Of a stretch of DNA of 64,000 nucleotides, positions 1 through 9,155 are shown piece by piece. Under the pieces are notes generated by a model. It had not been told where the DNA came from and made no database searches. It saw only the letters and a program-made list of their open reading frames with translations. This stretch comes from Obrimoposthia wandeli. Taxonomy: Eukaryota. The position numbers were made by a program, and so were the translations under genes. The DNA lies in the NCBI GenBank assembly GCA_977020255.1, contig CDROCS010002866.1:62001-126000 (forward strand). The letters run 5' to 3'. Each line of letters opens with the position of its first letter. The stretch's first letter is position 1.

Positions 1-46
1 AACTTGTAACTTGTAACTTGTAACTTGTAACTTGTAACTTGTAACT
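1..46. repeat. Heptamer tandem repeat (AACTTGT)n, at least 6.5 copies, cut by the window edge
   Basis: Six exact AACTTGT units plus AACT read directly at 1-46. Confidence 0.95.
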
Positions 47-68
47 ATCAGCATTAATCAAACTCGCT

Positions 69-90
69 AATCACAACCTAAGTTGTGATT
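69..90. terminator. Stem-loop, probable terminator downstream of the 109..843 gene
   Basis: AATCACAAC-CTAA-GTTGTGATT, perfect 9-bp stem, 18 bp past the stop codon. Confidence 0.5.
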
Positions 91-108
91 TTGCAAAGTT
101 TAATTAGT

Positions 109-843
109 TCATTCCAACTTGCCAAGATAACGCTGTAAACTGAAACCTACAGTGAGTGAAAGCTTGTCCGCGGCGGTTCTTAAATCAGGCGCAGAGGTAC
201 CATCTTTTTGTCGACCGGCAAAAATGATCAAGTTACCATCGCCAGATTCACAACTGCGCACATCGGCATATTGTTTGCGTAAATAGCTTAATAACTCAGT
301 GTGATCGTTTTCTCTACCCCAGCAGTTAAGTACCAACCAGCCATTCACTTTTAACTGCGCTGTACATAAATCAATGTACTCTTTACTCACTTGAACAGCT
401 TGCATGCCCTCATCTGTGTATAAATCAGTCATTATCAAATCAACTTTTTTATCCACACCGCGCTTTAAATAAGCACTAGCATCTTCGCAATGCAAAGTGA
501 TTTTTTTACTCGTAGGGAGTCTGAAATACTTTTTAGCGATATCAATAACCGCTTGTCGAATTTCAACCGCTTCAATACGCACCCCTGCAACACTGTGGCG
601 CATAGCCTGTAACAAACTACCAGCACCTAAACCTAATAATAAAACTCTTTTAGGTTCGCAAAATAGCAATGACATCATCATCGCTTGGGTGTAAGCATGT
701 TGTAATAGATGCGGTTGTTGAGTTAATTGTATGCTTTGCTCATCCCCCACTCCAAAAGATAGGATACGACAATCCCCTTCTTCCATTACAGCAATGTCGC
801 CATACTCATCGGTTTGGGTGTATAAATATTTCGGTGTATTCAA
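109..843 (-). CDS. Spermidine synthase-like SAM-dependent methyltransferase
   Basis: LLLGLGAGS SAM-binding motif, AVEI, EDA, DLIMTDLY and GWLVLN motifs typical of class I spermidine-synthase-like methyltransferases. Confidence 0.8.
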   Translation of the reverse strand: MNTPKYLYTQTDEYGDIAVMEEGDCRILSFGVGDEQSIQLTQQPHLLQHAYTQAMMMSLLFCEPKRVLLLGLGAGSLLQAMRHSVAGVRIEAVEIRQAVIDIAKKYFRLPTSKKITLHCEDASAYLKRGVDKKVDLIMTDLYTDEGMQAVQVSKEYIDLCTAQLKVNGWLVLNCWGRENDHTELLSYLRKQYADVRSCESGDGNLIIFAGRQKDGTSAPDLRTAADKLSLTVGFSLQRYLGKLE

Positions 844-960
844 TTGTTTCTCATTGCGTTAAATGCTGATGTGAACTAATAGCCAATCTGGTTTAGCTAA
901 AAGAGAGGGAAAGGTAGAGAATATAGCTAACTTTAGTTTTTTTGCAATGATTAGTGATAG

Positions 961-1032
961 CTAAGGAACGTGTGATCAAGCACCTTAGTTATCCACGGAG
1001 AAAGTTTAGGGGCTTAATCGCGTGCTCCCTGA
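961..1032. mobile_element. Short IS5-like MITE, family B copy 1
   Basis: CTAA-GGAAC...GCTCC-CTGA with imperfect terminal inverted repeats; its reverse complement aligns with 55031-55091. Confidence 0.55.
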
Positions 1033-1051
1033 CATTTAAGACAGATAAACT

Positions 1052-1157
1052 CATTAGTGTCCGGTTTAATTCTGTTGTTCATTAATTCATTGATTTCACG
1101 TTAATCACAAGTATTATTTGGCTAATAAAACACTATGCCATCAATGAGTAAAGAGCC
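1052..1157. mobile_element. MITE family A copy with truncated right end, flanked by a 9-bp direct repeat AGATAAACT
   Basis: First 19 nt CATTAGTGTCCGGTTTAAT are identical to the element at 61835; TCATTGATTT and TCAATGAGT blocks are shared; AGATAAACT at 1043-1051 and 1158-1166. Confidence 0.7.
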
Positions 1158-1173
1158 AGATAAACTACTGAGA

Positions 1174-1899
1174 CTAATCGATTGCCACAATAACCACTAC
1201 TTCAACTAACTCAATCGTTGCACCTGCCGTATCACCGGTTAGGCCATCTAATCTGTTTAACATCATATTGCGCAAGGCAAACACACAAACCACTGCCGCT
1301 AGTACAATGTTAAAAGGAGCGAGTAGCAAGGCACCAACAATACCGAGTATACAGCTACAAAAAACCCGCTGTTTAGGTGCATGCTTAACTAAAATAGCGC
1401 CAATACCGCCTTCTCTGACATAAGGCGTCATCAATAATAGTATAGGCAGTAATGAGCGACTAACTAAAGGTGCTATTAAGAGCATCCAATGTAACTGCAA
1501 TTGAATGATCGCCACAATAGCACTTAATTTCAGTACTAATGTGCACACTAACATCACCACGGCAATTGGTCCGCTACAAGGATCTTTCATGATAGCGAGA
1601 GTGCGTAGCTTATCCCCTTGCCCCCCTATCCAAGCATCACAGCTATCCGCTAAGCCATCAAGATGTAGCGCACCGGTTATTACCACCCATAAAGTTAATA
1701 CGACTGCTGCTGTTAAAAACGCAGGCGCGGCTGATAAAGCAATGGCAACTGCCGCTAGCATCACACCAATCAACAGACCTATAATCGGGTAAAAGATAAG
1801 CGATGCCGCGACTGTTTTATCATCAGGATAGTGCTTAAACTTCACTGGGATTTGCGTTAAAAATTGCAGCGATACTAGTAAGCTTTTAAAGTAATTCAA
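1174..1899 (-). CDS. cobS: Adenosylcobinamide-GDP ribazoletransferase (cobalamin synthase)
   Basis: FLTQIP, TGALHLDGLADSCD, IMKDP and GLTGDTAGA motifs; polytopic membrane protein. Confidence 0.95.
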   Translation of the reverse strand: MNYFKSLLVSLQFLTQIPVKFKHYPDDKTVAASLIFYPIIGLLIGVMLAAVAIALSAAPAFLTAAVVLTLWVVITGALHLDGLADSCDAWIGGQGDKLRTLAIMKDPCSGPIAVVMLVCTLVLKLSAIVAIIQLQLHWMLLIAPLVSRSLLPILLLMTPYVREGGIGAILVKHAPKQRVFCSCILGIVGALLLAPFNIVLAAVVCVFALRNMMLNRLDGLTGDTAGATIELVEVVVIVAID

Positions 1900-2456
1900 A
1901 ATTTTATACTCAATAACTGACCATGCTCTACCGGAAAATTCAGCATTGAAGAAATCGGCAATTGTTGTTCTTGACTCAATAAATAGCGCATCACGCCACC
2001 GTGCGCTATTACCAGCACTGTTTTGTCAGCGTGCTGTTGCTTGATATCGTTAATGGCGAAATCAATACGCTGGCTAAACTGCGCCAAACTTTCGCCATTG
2101 TTAGGTGGGTATTGCTCTGGGTTCGACCAAAATTTTTCTAACTTATCAGGGTATTGCTCCATTACTTCAAGCGCTGTTTTATGCTCCCAATCGCCAAAGT
2201 GGTATTCAGCTAGCCCCTTTTCGATAATCAGTTCAATACCTTGCTCTTGTGCTAGCTGCTGTGCAAATTTAGCACACCTTTGTAAAGGCGAGCTGATAAT
2301 TAACTGCCAGCGCTTTCCTGTACCTAAAAAAGCATCAACACTGGCGCGCATTTGCGCATGGCCAAGCTCCGTGAGTGCCACATCAGTTGAACCGATGTAA
2401 GCACTGCCCGCACTAGTTTTTCCATGGCGTAGTAAATACAGAGCATTACTACTCAT
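1896..2456 (-). CDS. cobC: Alpha-ribazole phosphatase (histidine phosphatase family); start moved to ATG 2456
   Basis: LLRHG, SSPLQRC, LAEYHFGDWE, NGES and AHGG motifs; lies between cobT and cobS. Confidence 0.85.
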   Translation of the reverse strand: MSSNALYLLRHGKTSAGSAYIGSTDVALTELGHAQMRASVDAFLGTGKRWQLIISSPLQRCAKFAQQLAQEQGIELIIEKGLAEYHFGDWEHKTALEVMEQYPDKLEKFWSNPEQYPPNNGESLAQFSQRIDFAINDIKQQHADKTVLVIAHGGVMRYLLSQEQQLPISSMLNFPVEHGQLLSIKF

Positions 2457-3510
2457 CAAGTTTTCCCGCCACCGCAGCTTCTTCAAAAGTAGCCATTTGC
2501 GCATGTAGTTTGCAGGCCATTTGTAAAAGCGGCACACAAAGCGCTGCACCACTGCCTTCCCCTAAACGCATACCTAAATCTAGTATGGGTGTCGCTTTTA
2601 AATGCGCTAACATCAATTTATGACCAGGCTCTGCTGAACCGTGCGAGAAAATCATCCAGTTACGGCTCTGGGGTGATATCGCTACTGCAACCATTGCGGC
2701 GGCACTGCAAATAAAACCATCCACTAAAATGGTGATACCACATTGTGCGGCACTGATATAACTACCGACTAATGCCGCTATTTCAAAACCGCCCATTTTT
2801 TGTAACAGCTGTTCAGGGCTATTTAGGGCATCAGGTTGGGTATTAAAATGTTTTTCTAACACTTGCTCAATGGCCGTTACTTTTCTGCGAATACCCTCTT
2901 CATCTAAACCAGTACCGGGGCCTGTTAAATGCGCAGCTGATTCACCGCTAATCGCTGCTGCCAGCGCCGTTGCAGCTGTTGTATTACCAATGCCCATATC
3001 GCCACCAATAAATAGCTGGCAACCTAGTGCTTGCGCTTTTAGCAGGCTATTACGTCCTACTTCTAATGCCTTTGCACATTGCTCGCTAGTCATCGCCTGG
3101 GCATCTAGCATATTTGCAGTACCGGGCCCTACATACTCATTGATAACCCCTGGAAACTCTGTCGGCGTCACTGTCCCTAAATTAACGATATCAAAAGGCG
3201 CTAATAACGTTTTTGCCAACACGCTAATCGCCGCGCCACCATTGGCAAAATTAGCCACCATTTGCGCCGTCACTTCTTGGGGAAATGCCGATACGCCACT
3301 GGCTGCAATACCGTGATCCGCGGCAAATATACAAATATAAGGTTTATCTACACTAGGGGTTCCACCTTGCATAGCCGCTAAACTTATCGCTATTTCTTCA
3401 AGCTTACCCAATGACCCTAAAGGTTTGGTTAATTGCTGTTGACGAGCTATGGCTGCTTGTTCAGCTGAGCTATTTAAATCTTTTATTGGCTCAAAAATCC
3501 AATTATTCAT
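2449..3510 (-). CDS. cobT: Nicotinate-nucleotide-dimethylbenzimidazole phosphoribosyltransferase
   Basis: LTKPLGSLGKLE, FAADHG, GDMGIGNTT, GGFEIAA and RLGEGSGA motifs. Confidence 0.97.
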   Translation of the reverse strand: MNNWIFEPIKDLNSSAEQAAIARQQQLTKPLGSLGKLEEIAISLAAMQGGTPSVDKPYICIFAADHGIAASGVSAFPQEVTAQMVANFANGGAAISVLAKTLLAPFDIVNLGTVTPTEFPGVINEYVGPGTANMLDAQAMTSEQCAKALEVGRNSLLKAQALGCQLFIGGDMGIGNTTAATALAAAISGESAAHLTGPGTGLDEEGIRRKVTAIEQVLEKHFNTQPDALNSPEQLLQKMGGFEIAALVGSYISAAQCGITILVDGFICSAAAMVAVAISPQSRNWMIFSHGSAEPGHKLMLAHLKATPILDLGMRLGEGSGAALCVPLLQMACKLHAQMATFEEAAVAGKLDE

Positions 3511-3677
3511 GTATGCACCTTTTCTGACTGAGCTTGATTAACATCGTGGCTAATGACATCACATTTATATGCTATTTAGTTCCCATCCAGAAACAGACGC
3601 CTACTGCGACCGGCTCACTGGATCAATCTGAGCACCACTAGATCTATCTTAGCACACATGAACCAACGCAATGAGAA

Positions 3678-4202
3678 CTATTCACTTTTTTGATCTTTTA
3701 ACACATGCGCTAAACCCGCCACGGCTAATGTCACTTTTTGACTGATAGCCGCCAGCTCTTGATGCAATAGCCCCGATTGATCACAGAACTCTCTACTCAT
3801 TTCACCCATAGGGATAACACCCATGTTAGTTTCATTGCTCACAAAAATCACTTTCCCTGCCACGCTTTCCAATGCGACTAACAAGTGTTTCTTCTGCTCT
3901 AAATAGAAATCAGTATCTTTGCTAAACAGGCAATTGGTCATCCAAAGTGTTAAACAATCGACTAGCAAGCATCTATTTGGTGCACTGTATTGAGCAATAA
4001 TATCGGCTAGATACAACGGCTCTTCTACTAACTGCCAAGCGCTGGGGCGCCGCACGCGGTGCTGCTCTATCCGCTGTTGCATCTGCCCATCACCGGATGT
4101 GGCAGTTGCTATATAGATCACGGGCAACCCGGTTTCTAATGCAGCTTGCTCTGCCAATTTAGACTTGCCAGAACGAGTACCACCTAAATATAATTCAATC
4201 AT
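3678..4202 (-). CDS. cobU: Bifunctional adenosylcobinamide kinase / phosphate guanylyltransferase (CobU/CobP)
   Basis: GGTRSGKS P-loop, YIATA, RIEQHR, LVDCLTLW and VSNE motifs. Confidence 0.96.
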   Translation of the reverse strand: MIELYLGGTRSGKSKLAEQAALETGLPVIYIATATSGDGQMQQRIEQHRVRRPSAWQLVEEPLYLADIIAQYSAPNRCLLVDCLTLWMTNCLFSKDTDFYLEQKKHLLVALESVAGKVIFVSNETNMGVIPMGEMSREFCDQSGLLHQELAAISQKVTLAVAGLAHVLKDQKSE

Positions 4203-4210
4203 TTTTAAGC

Positions 4211-5380
4211 CTAGTGATGACTAAAGGTGGCGGCATTAATTTTATCTGCTTCTTCATCTAAAATTGTTTGCGGAAACTGGCTCATAAAGCAGCAGCACAA
4301 GTTTTCACCAATCATTGTTCTAGGGCCTAGTGGATGATCTATGTGTTTATACACACCATGGGAATGTCCATGTTCGTGTGAGTGTTTATTCTCATCCGAG
4401 TGATCGTGTGAATGATCGTGTTCATGTGAATGGCTATGAGAGTGATCATGATCGTGCGAGTGGCTTTCAGCTTCAGCAGATTCTTCAGGATCAACGAACT
4501 CAGCATGATGATGATGTACTTCAACCTCACCTGCTGCTAATCTGCGCTCAAAAGATTGCATCAACGTTTCATTGGCAGAAGTGACCACTTGATCAACCAT
4601 TATTTCACGTAAACGCACTTCAAAAGCATCAATCACTTTTTCGTGATCGTTTAAGTAAGGTGTTTTAATGAATTCAATGTCAGGGTGCAATGCTGCAATA
4701 TGATCAACATACGCATAGATACGTTTTATCAAACGCCCGGTAAATAGAAAATATGGCGCGACCACTATTTTTTTGAACCCTAATTTTATTAAGCGCTCAA
4801 GACCAACCCCGACAGATGGGTAAGTTACACCGGAATACACAGTATCGGCCCAACCAAAACCCATGTCTTCATTCACAATACGCGTCAGTTTTGCAGCTTC
4901 CGCATTCGCTAGTGTGTCGGATGTTCCACGCCCAACTACTACTAACATAGTATCGTGCATGCTCGCAGGTGGCGCTGCACAATCGATATCTAGAGATTGA
5001 TAAATACGCGTTTCAAATGCTTCTATCATCGCAGGGTGTAAACCTAATTCACTACCGTAGTGAATTTTCGTATTGGTATTTTCTAGTTGTGCTTGATAAT
5101 TAATCAATACACTTGGAATATCGTTTCTTGCATGCGTGGCAGCAAATAACATGCCGGGAACAGCGTAGATATCATCAACACCTTGTGCGACTAATTTGTT
5201 AAGCCCCATGTGAATGTTAGGCGCTGAAAACTCTAAAAAGCCATATTCAATCGGCACATCAGGGAAGCGTTGCTTAAGCCCAGCAGCCACACGAGAGAAT
5301 TCTCTTTCTGCATCTTTATCACGGCTTCCGTGACCACAAATCATAATGCCAATCTTTCGGCTAGTTTGGATATCTGACAT
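4211..5380 (-). CDS. cbiX: CbiX-type sirohydrochlorin chelatase-like protein with His-rich and Cys-containing C-terminus; start likely ATG 5380
   Basis: Two CbiX domains (CGHGSRD, P-MLFAATHA, GRGTSD, PYFLFTG), then HHHH, poly-(HS/HD/HE), HPLGP and CCC. Confidence 0.85.
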   Translation of the reverse strand: MSDIQTSRKIGIMICGHGSRDKDAEREFSRVAAGLKQRFPDVPIEYGFLEFSAPNIHMGLNKLVAQGVDDIYAVPGMLFAATHARNDIPSVLINYQAQLENTNTKIHYGSELGLHPAMIEAFETRIYQSLDIDCAAPPASMHDTMLVVVGRGTSDTLANAEAAKLTRIVNEDMGFGWADTVYSGVTYPSVGVGLERLIKLGFKKIVVAPYFLFTGRLIKRIYAYVDHIAALHPDIEFIKTPYLNDHEKVIDAFEVRLREIMVDQVVTSANETLMQSFERRLAAGEVEVHHHHAEFVDPEESAEAESHSHDHDHSHSHSHEHDHSHDHSDENKHSHEHGHSHGVYKHIDHPLGPRTMIGENLCCCFMSQFPQTILDEEADKINAATFSHH

Positions 5381-5454
5381 TTTAATTCTCTTCTTCAAAA
5401 GGTTTAATTCAGCCAATCACTTAAAATATAGTGACTGCTCATTTTAAATGATTG

Positions 5455-6618
5455 CTAACTAGTTTGTGTATTACTTAAAAGGCTTATACACGCGATTACG
5501 CATTTACTTATCCGTAATTGGTGCTCTTTTTCAGTCACGCTTAATATACCTATGCGCAGTAAAGCCTGTTCTTCAATAGCAGCACTTAATGCGCTATTGT
5601 CCAAAACGATAACGCGTATTAAAACACCCGCTTTTGCAAACAAATCTTGCACGGCAAGTGCTTGCTTTAACTTCATTTGGTAACTACTAAACAATGGCTG
5701 ATGCGTATGCCAAGGTATTTCAATACTGTTGATTAACGGTGCAAATAAATTTTGCGTTAATAACGCTGCTTGTGGTATTTGCAAGCGCGCAGTTTGCTGC
5801 CAATGCGTATCTTGCATCGCTTTTGTCGCAAGGTATTGTGCTGGGCCATTAATCATCCACAAACCAAGCTGTTTCTCTATACTTTGCTTTAACACACCAC
5901 GGCAAAACGCAAAGCCTATACGAATCCCCGCCAAACCGAAAAACTTGCCGAATGAGCGTAACACTAGCATATTATTAGGCCACTGGTGGCTCAAAACCGA
6001 CTGCTCCGGTTCCATATCAATGAAGGCTTCATCGACAATCATATAACAATCAGTTGCTAATGCATTTGCCCATTTAATAAGCTGTTGCGGATCAATCAAT
6101 AAGCCCGTTGGGTTATTAGGATTGATCACCACCACATGTTGTTGGTTATTAAGTGCCAGCTGCTGATCAATACTTGCAACCGCTTTTGCTGTATCAAATG
6201 CAGGATATTCATTTAGCTCGAACTTAGCTTGCTGCCAGCTTTGGCGATGTTCGCTATAACCGGCACTGGGCAGTAACACGGCTTTTTTTGTGACGCACAA
6301 CGGTAAGTTCTGAATCAACATTTGCGAGCCTATCAACGGTATCGATTGCTCACTGGCATAATAACGACTTGCGGCTTGTAAAAATGATGGCTGCAAATAG
6401 GGTAAGTGCTGAAAAGCGCTAATAGGTACATCGTCACAAGGATAGCTCTGGGGATTTAAACCCGTTGATAGATCAACCCACTGCGCTAAAGGTATTGAAT
6501 ACTGCGCGCTGGCACTAATGATGTCGCCACCATGTAAAGCACTGTTTGTGATGGCGCTAGGTTGAACATTCAACTGAGCTTTTAAAATACTGTTATTGCT
6601 TTCACTCATTACTTTCAT
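5455..6618 (-). CDS. cobD: L-threonine-O-3-phosphate decarboxylase (Salmonella CobD / Pseudomonas CobC), PLP-dependent
   Basis: HGGD, DLSTGLNP, NPNNPTG, VDEAFID and LRSFGKFFGLAGIRIG motifs. Confidence 0.92.
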   Translation of the reverse strand: MKVMSESNNSILKAQLNVQPSAITNSALHGGDIISASAQYSIPLAQWVDLSTGLNPQSYPCDDVPISAFQHLPYLQPSFLQAASRYYASEQSIPLIGSQMLIQNLPLCVTKKAVLLPSAGYSEHRQSWQQAKFELNEYPAFDTAKAVASIDQQLALNNQQHVVVINPNNPTGLLIDPQQLIKWANALATDCYMIVDEAFIDMEPEQSVLSHQWPNNMLVLRSFGKFFGLAGIRIGFAFCRGVLKQSIEKQLGLWMINGPAQYLATKAMQDTHWQQTARLQIPQAALLTQNLFAPLINSIEIPWHTHQPLFSSYQMKLKQALAVQDLFAKAGVLIRVIVLDNSALSAAIEEQALLRIGILSVTEKEHQLRISKCVIACISLLSNTQTS

Positions 6619-6619
6619 A

Positions 6620-7582
6620 TCAGTAACACCACACAGCTAACGCTAACAACACAACCACCCATAACGCTAGCGTTCTGTTAACCAGAAAACAAGCGGCATC
6701 CACTGAGATGCAAGTAGCTTGTGCTCCTTGTTCTGGTCCTAGAATCGGCCGCTCTTGATATTGGCCATGATAAACAGAGCCGCCACCTAAACGTACATTA
6801 ATAGCACCCGCACCTGTTGCCATTACAGGGCCTGCATTAGGGCTTTTCCAATTAACTCCTTGTGCCTTCCAGCAATGCAATGCACTGCGCGTATTTCCCA
6901 ACAAGGCATAACTTAACGCACACAAGCGCGCCGGAATGTAATTTAAAACATCATCAATGCGCGCAGCCGCCCAACCAAAATAAAAATAACGGCTATTTTT
7001 ATAGCCCCACATCGCATCTAATGTATTACTTAATCGATATAACACCACACCTGGCACACCTAAAATCATGAACCAAAAGATAGCGGAGAAAATAGCATCA
7101 CCGCCATTTTCTAACACCGATTCAGTGGCAGCATTACTAATTTGGCACTCATCTAATTGCGCTGTTTCGCGGCTTACAATCATACCTAATGCTTTACGTG
7201 CCCCTTCAATATCTTGCGCTTTTAATGGTTTTGTCACCGCGACTGCATGTTCTAACAAACTGCGCCAGCCCAGCGCCACATACAGCGCGACACTTGCGTA
7301 GACTAGTGCCGCTAGATCATTTATAAGCCCTTGAGATGCCAATGATTGCTCTATCAAAAAACTCAGGTATGTCAGTGGTAACACAACTAATACCCAAGCG
7401 CAGACACCGAGTAAATAAGCACTAAACTTAGCTGTTTTAGCAGTGCTTTGAGTCAAGTTTAGCTTACGCTCGACATAGAGCGCTAAGTTGCCGAAATAAA
7501 CCAGAGGGTGATATCGTGACACTTCACCGAATTTATAATCAAGCGCTAAACTACACAACAACACACTACAGCTAAACAGCAT
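6620..7582 (-). CDS. cbiB: Adenosylcobinamide-phosphate synthase
   Basis: HPLV, IVSRET, ESVLEN, NTLDAMWGYK, AARIDDVLNYIPARL and SPNAG motifs. Confidence 0.96.
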   Translation of the reverse strand: MLFSCSVLLCSLALDYKFGEVSRYHPLVYFGNLALYVERKLNLTQSTAKTAKFSAYLLGVCAWVLVVLPLTYLSFLIEQSLASQGLINDLAALVYASVALYVALGWRSLLEHAVAVTKPLKAQDIEGARKALGMIVSRETAQLDECQISNAATESVLENGGDAIFSAIFWFMILGVPGVVLYRLSNTLDAMWGYKNSRYFYFGWAAARIDDVLNYIPARLCALSYALLGNTRSALHCWKAQGVNWKSPNAGPVMATGAGAINVRLGGGSVYHGQYQERPILGPEQGAQATCISVDAACFLVNRTLALWVVVLLALAVWCY

Positions 7583-9155
7583 TGGCGTGCGCCTTATCGG
7601 TAGTGCTTGTTAAGTGCTTTTTATCCACTAAAGGGGTTTTATTTGCTTCTGGCTCTTCAAGTGACAACAGCTCAGCTAATTTACTAAACGGCAGCGCTTT
7701 TTCGACTTCATCGGCAAGGCGTTCGATTTGCTGTTCTCTAAAGGCTTGATAGTCAAATGCTTTAATTTGATCCATCCCTGCCCAGTTTAGAATTTCGCGT
7801 AGAATAGCATCGCCTTCGAGTAGTCCGTGCAAATAGGTCCCACGCACACTGTCATCACTATTAGCTGCCCCTTCTAAAACACTTTCCAAGCTACCTTGCT
7901 TAAGAATACGAAACCAAGCACGCTGTAAATCTTCACCACTACTGACCCCTGCATGAATTTCATAGCCACTGATTTGGCTATCACTGTGCAAGCAATACCC
8001 AGTTACATTGGTCAAGGTTTTCACTTCATCTAGAGTGGTTTCTAAATCGAGTAAACCTAGCCCTTCAATAGAACCTGGAGCGTTTTCGATACCCTTTGGA
8101 TCGTGAATCATTTTACCGAGCATTTGATAACCACCGCAAATACCTAATACTTTGCCGCCTAAGCGTAAATGGCGTTCGATAATAGGTTGCCAGCCACTGG
8201 TTTTTAGCCACTGTAAATCACTGCTGACATTCTTGCTGCCCGGCAAAATAATTAAATCAGCCCCTGTATACATTTGTGCATCACGCACAAATTCACAATC
8301 TAGCTGTGGATGTAAACGCAACACATCAAAATCGGTGTGGTTACTCGCTCTTGGGTAAAGTGGAATTGCCACTTTAAAAGGTGTGATATCGGTGCTTAAT
8401 TGCGTTTGATTAACCGCATCTTCCGCTTCTATATGTAAATTAGTGATGTAGGGGATGACCGCAATAGTAGGCACTTGGGTTTTCTCTTCTAACCAATCTA
8501 ATCCCGGTTGTAATAAGCTAACATCACCGCGAAAACGGTTGATAACAAAGCCTTTAACGCGGCGCTTTTCACTTTCACTTAGCAGTGCATATGTTCCAAA
8601 AAGATGGGCAAAAACACCACCGCGATCAATATCAGCCACAATTATCACTGGGCAATCTATGGCTTCTGCAAATCCCATATTAGCAATATCGTGCTCGCGC
8701 AAATTGATTTCAGCAGGTGAACCCGCCCCTTCAATCACCGTCACTTTATATAATGCTTGTAGCGCTTGGTGCGTGGCGACCACGCTTTTTAATAGTTGTG
8801 GCTTGAACTCATGATAGACACGCGCTTTCATGTTGCCGATTGATTGCCCATTAACAATCACTTGCGAGCCGACATCAGAATTTGGCTTAAGCAGTACCGG
8901 ATTCATTAAAATGCTCGGCGCTAAATTGGCCGCTTGCGCTTGCACTGCTTGTGCTCTACCAATTTCACCGCCCTCTTTTGTCACTGCACTATTAAGTGCC
9001 ATATTCTGTGATTTAAAAGGAGCAACTGCAATTTTGTGGCGCGCTAAAATACGACACAGCGCTGTGACTAAGATGCTCTTTCCTGCATCTGAAGTGGTGC
9101 CTTGTACCATCAAGCTGTGCGGCGCTTTAAAGTTTACTTGGCAGGTGTCGCTCAT
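7572..9155 (-). CDS. cobQ: Cobyric acid synthase
   Basis: QGTTSDAGKS, PFKSQNM, EGAGSPAEINL, DIDRGG, SNHTDF, GICGGYQMLG, GYEIH and TYLHG motifs. Confidence 0.98.
   Translation of the reverse strand: MSDTCQVNFKAPHSLMVQGTTSDAGKSILVTALCRILARHKIAVAPFKSQNMALNSAVTKEGGEIGRAQAVQAQAANLAPSILMNPVLLKPNSDVGSQVIVNGQSIGNMKARVYHEFKPQLLKSVVATHQALQALYKVTVIEGAGSPAEINLREHDIANMGFAEAIDCPVIIVADIDRGGVFAHLFGTYALLSESEKRRVKGFVINRFRGDVSLLQPGLDWLEEKTQVPTIAVIPYITNLHIEAEDAVNQTQLSTDITPFKVAIPLYPRASNHTDFDVLRLHPQLDCEFVRDAQMYTGADLIILPGSKNVSSDLQWLKTSGWQPIIERHLRLGGKVLGICGGYQMLGKMIHDPKGIENAPGSIEGLGLLDLETTLDEVKTLTNVTGYCLHSDSQISGYEIHAGVSSGEDLQRAWFRILKQGSLESVLEGAANSDDSVRGTYLHGLLEGDAILREILNWAGMDQIKAFDYQAFREQQIERLADEVEKALPFSKLAELLSLEEPEANKTPLVDKKHLTSTTDKAHANAV

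Noticed and set aside
4330-4584. Overlapping ORFs 4330..4584 (+) and 4339..4530 (-)
   Set aside because: They are alternative-frame shadows of the His-rich repeat in cbiX.
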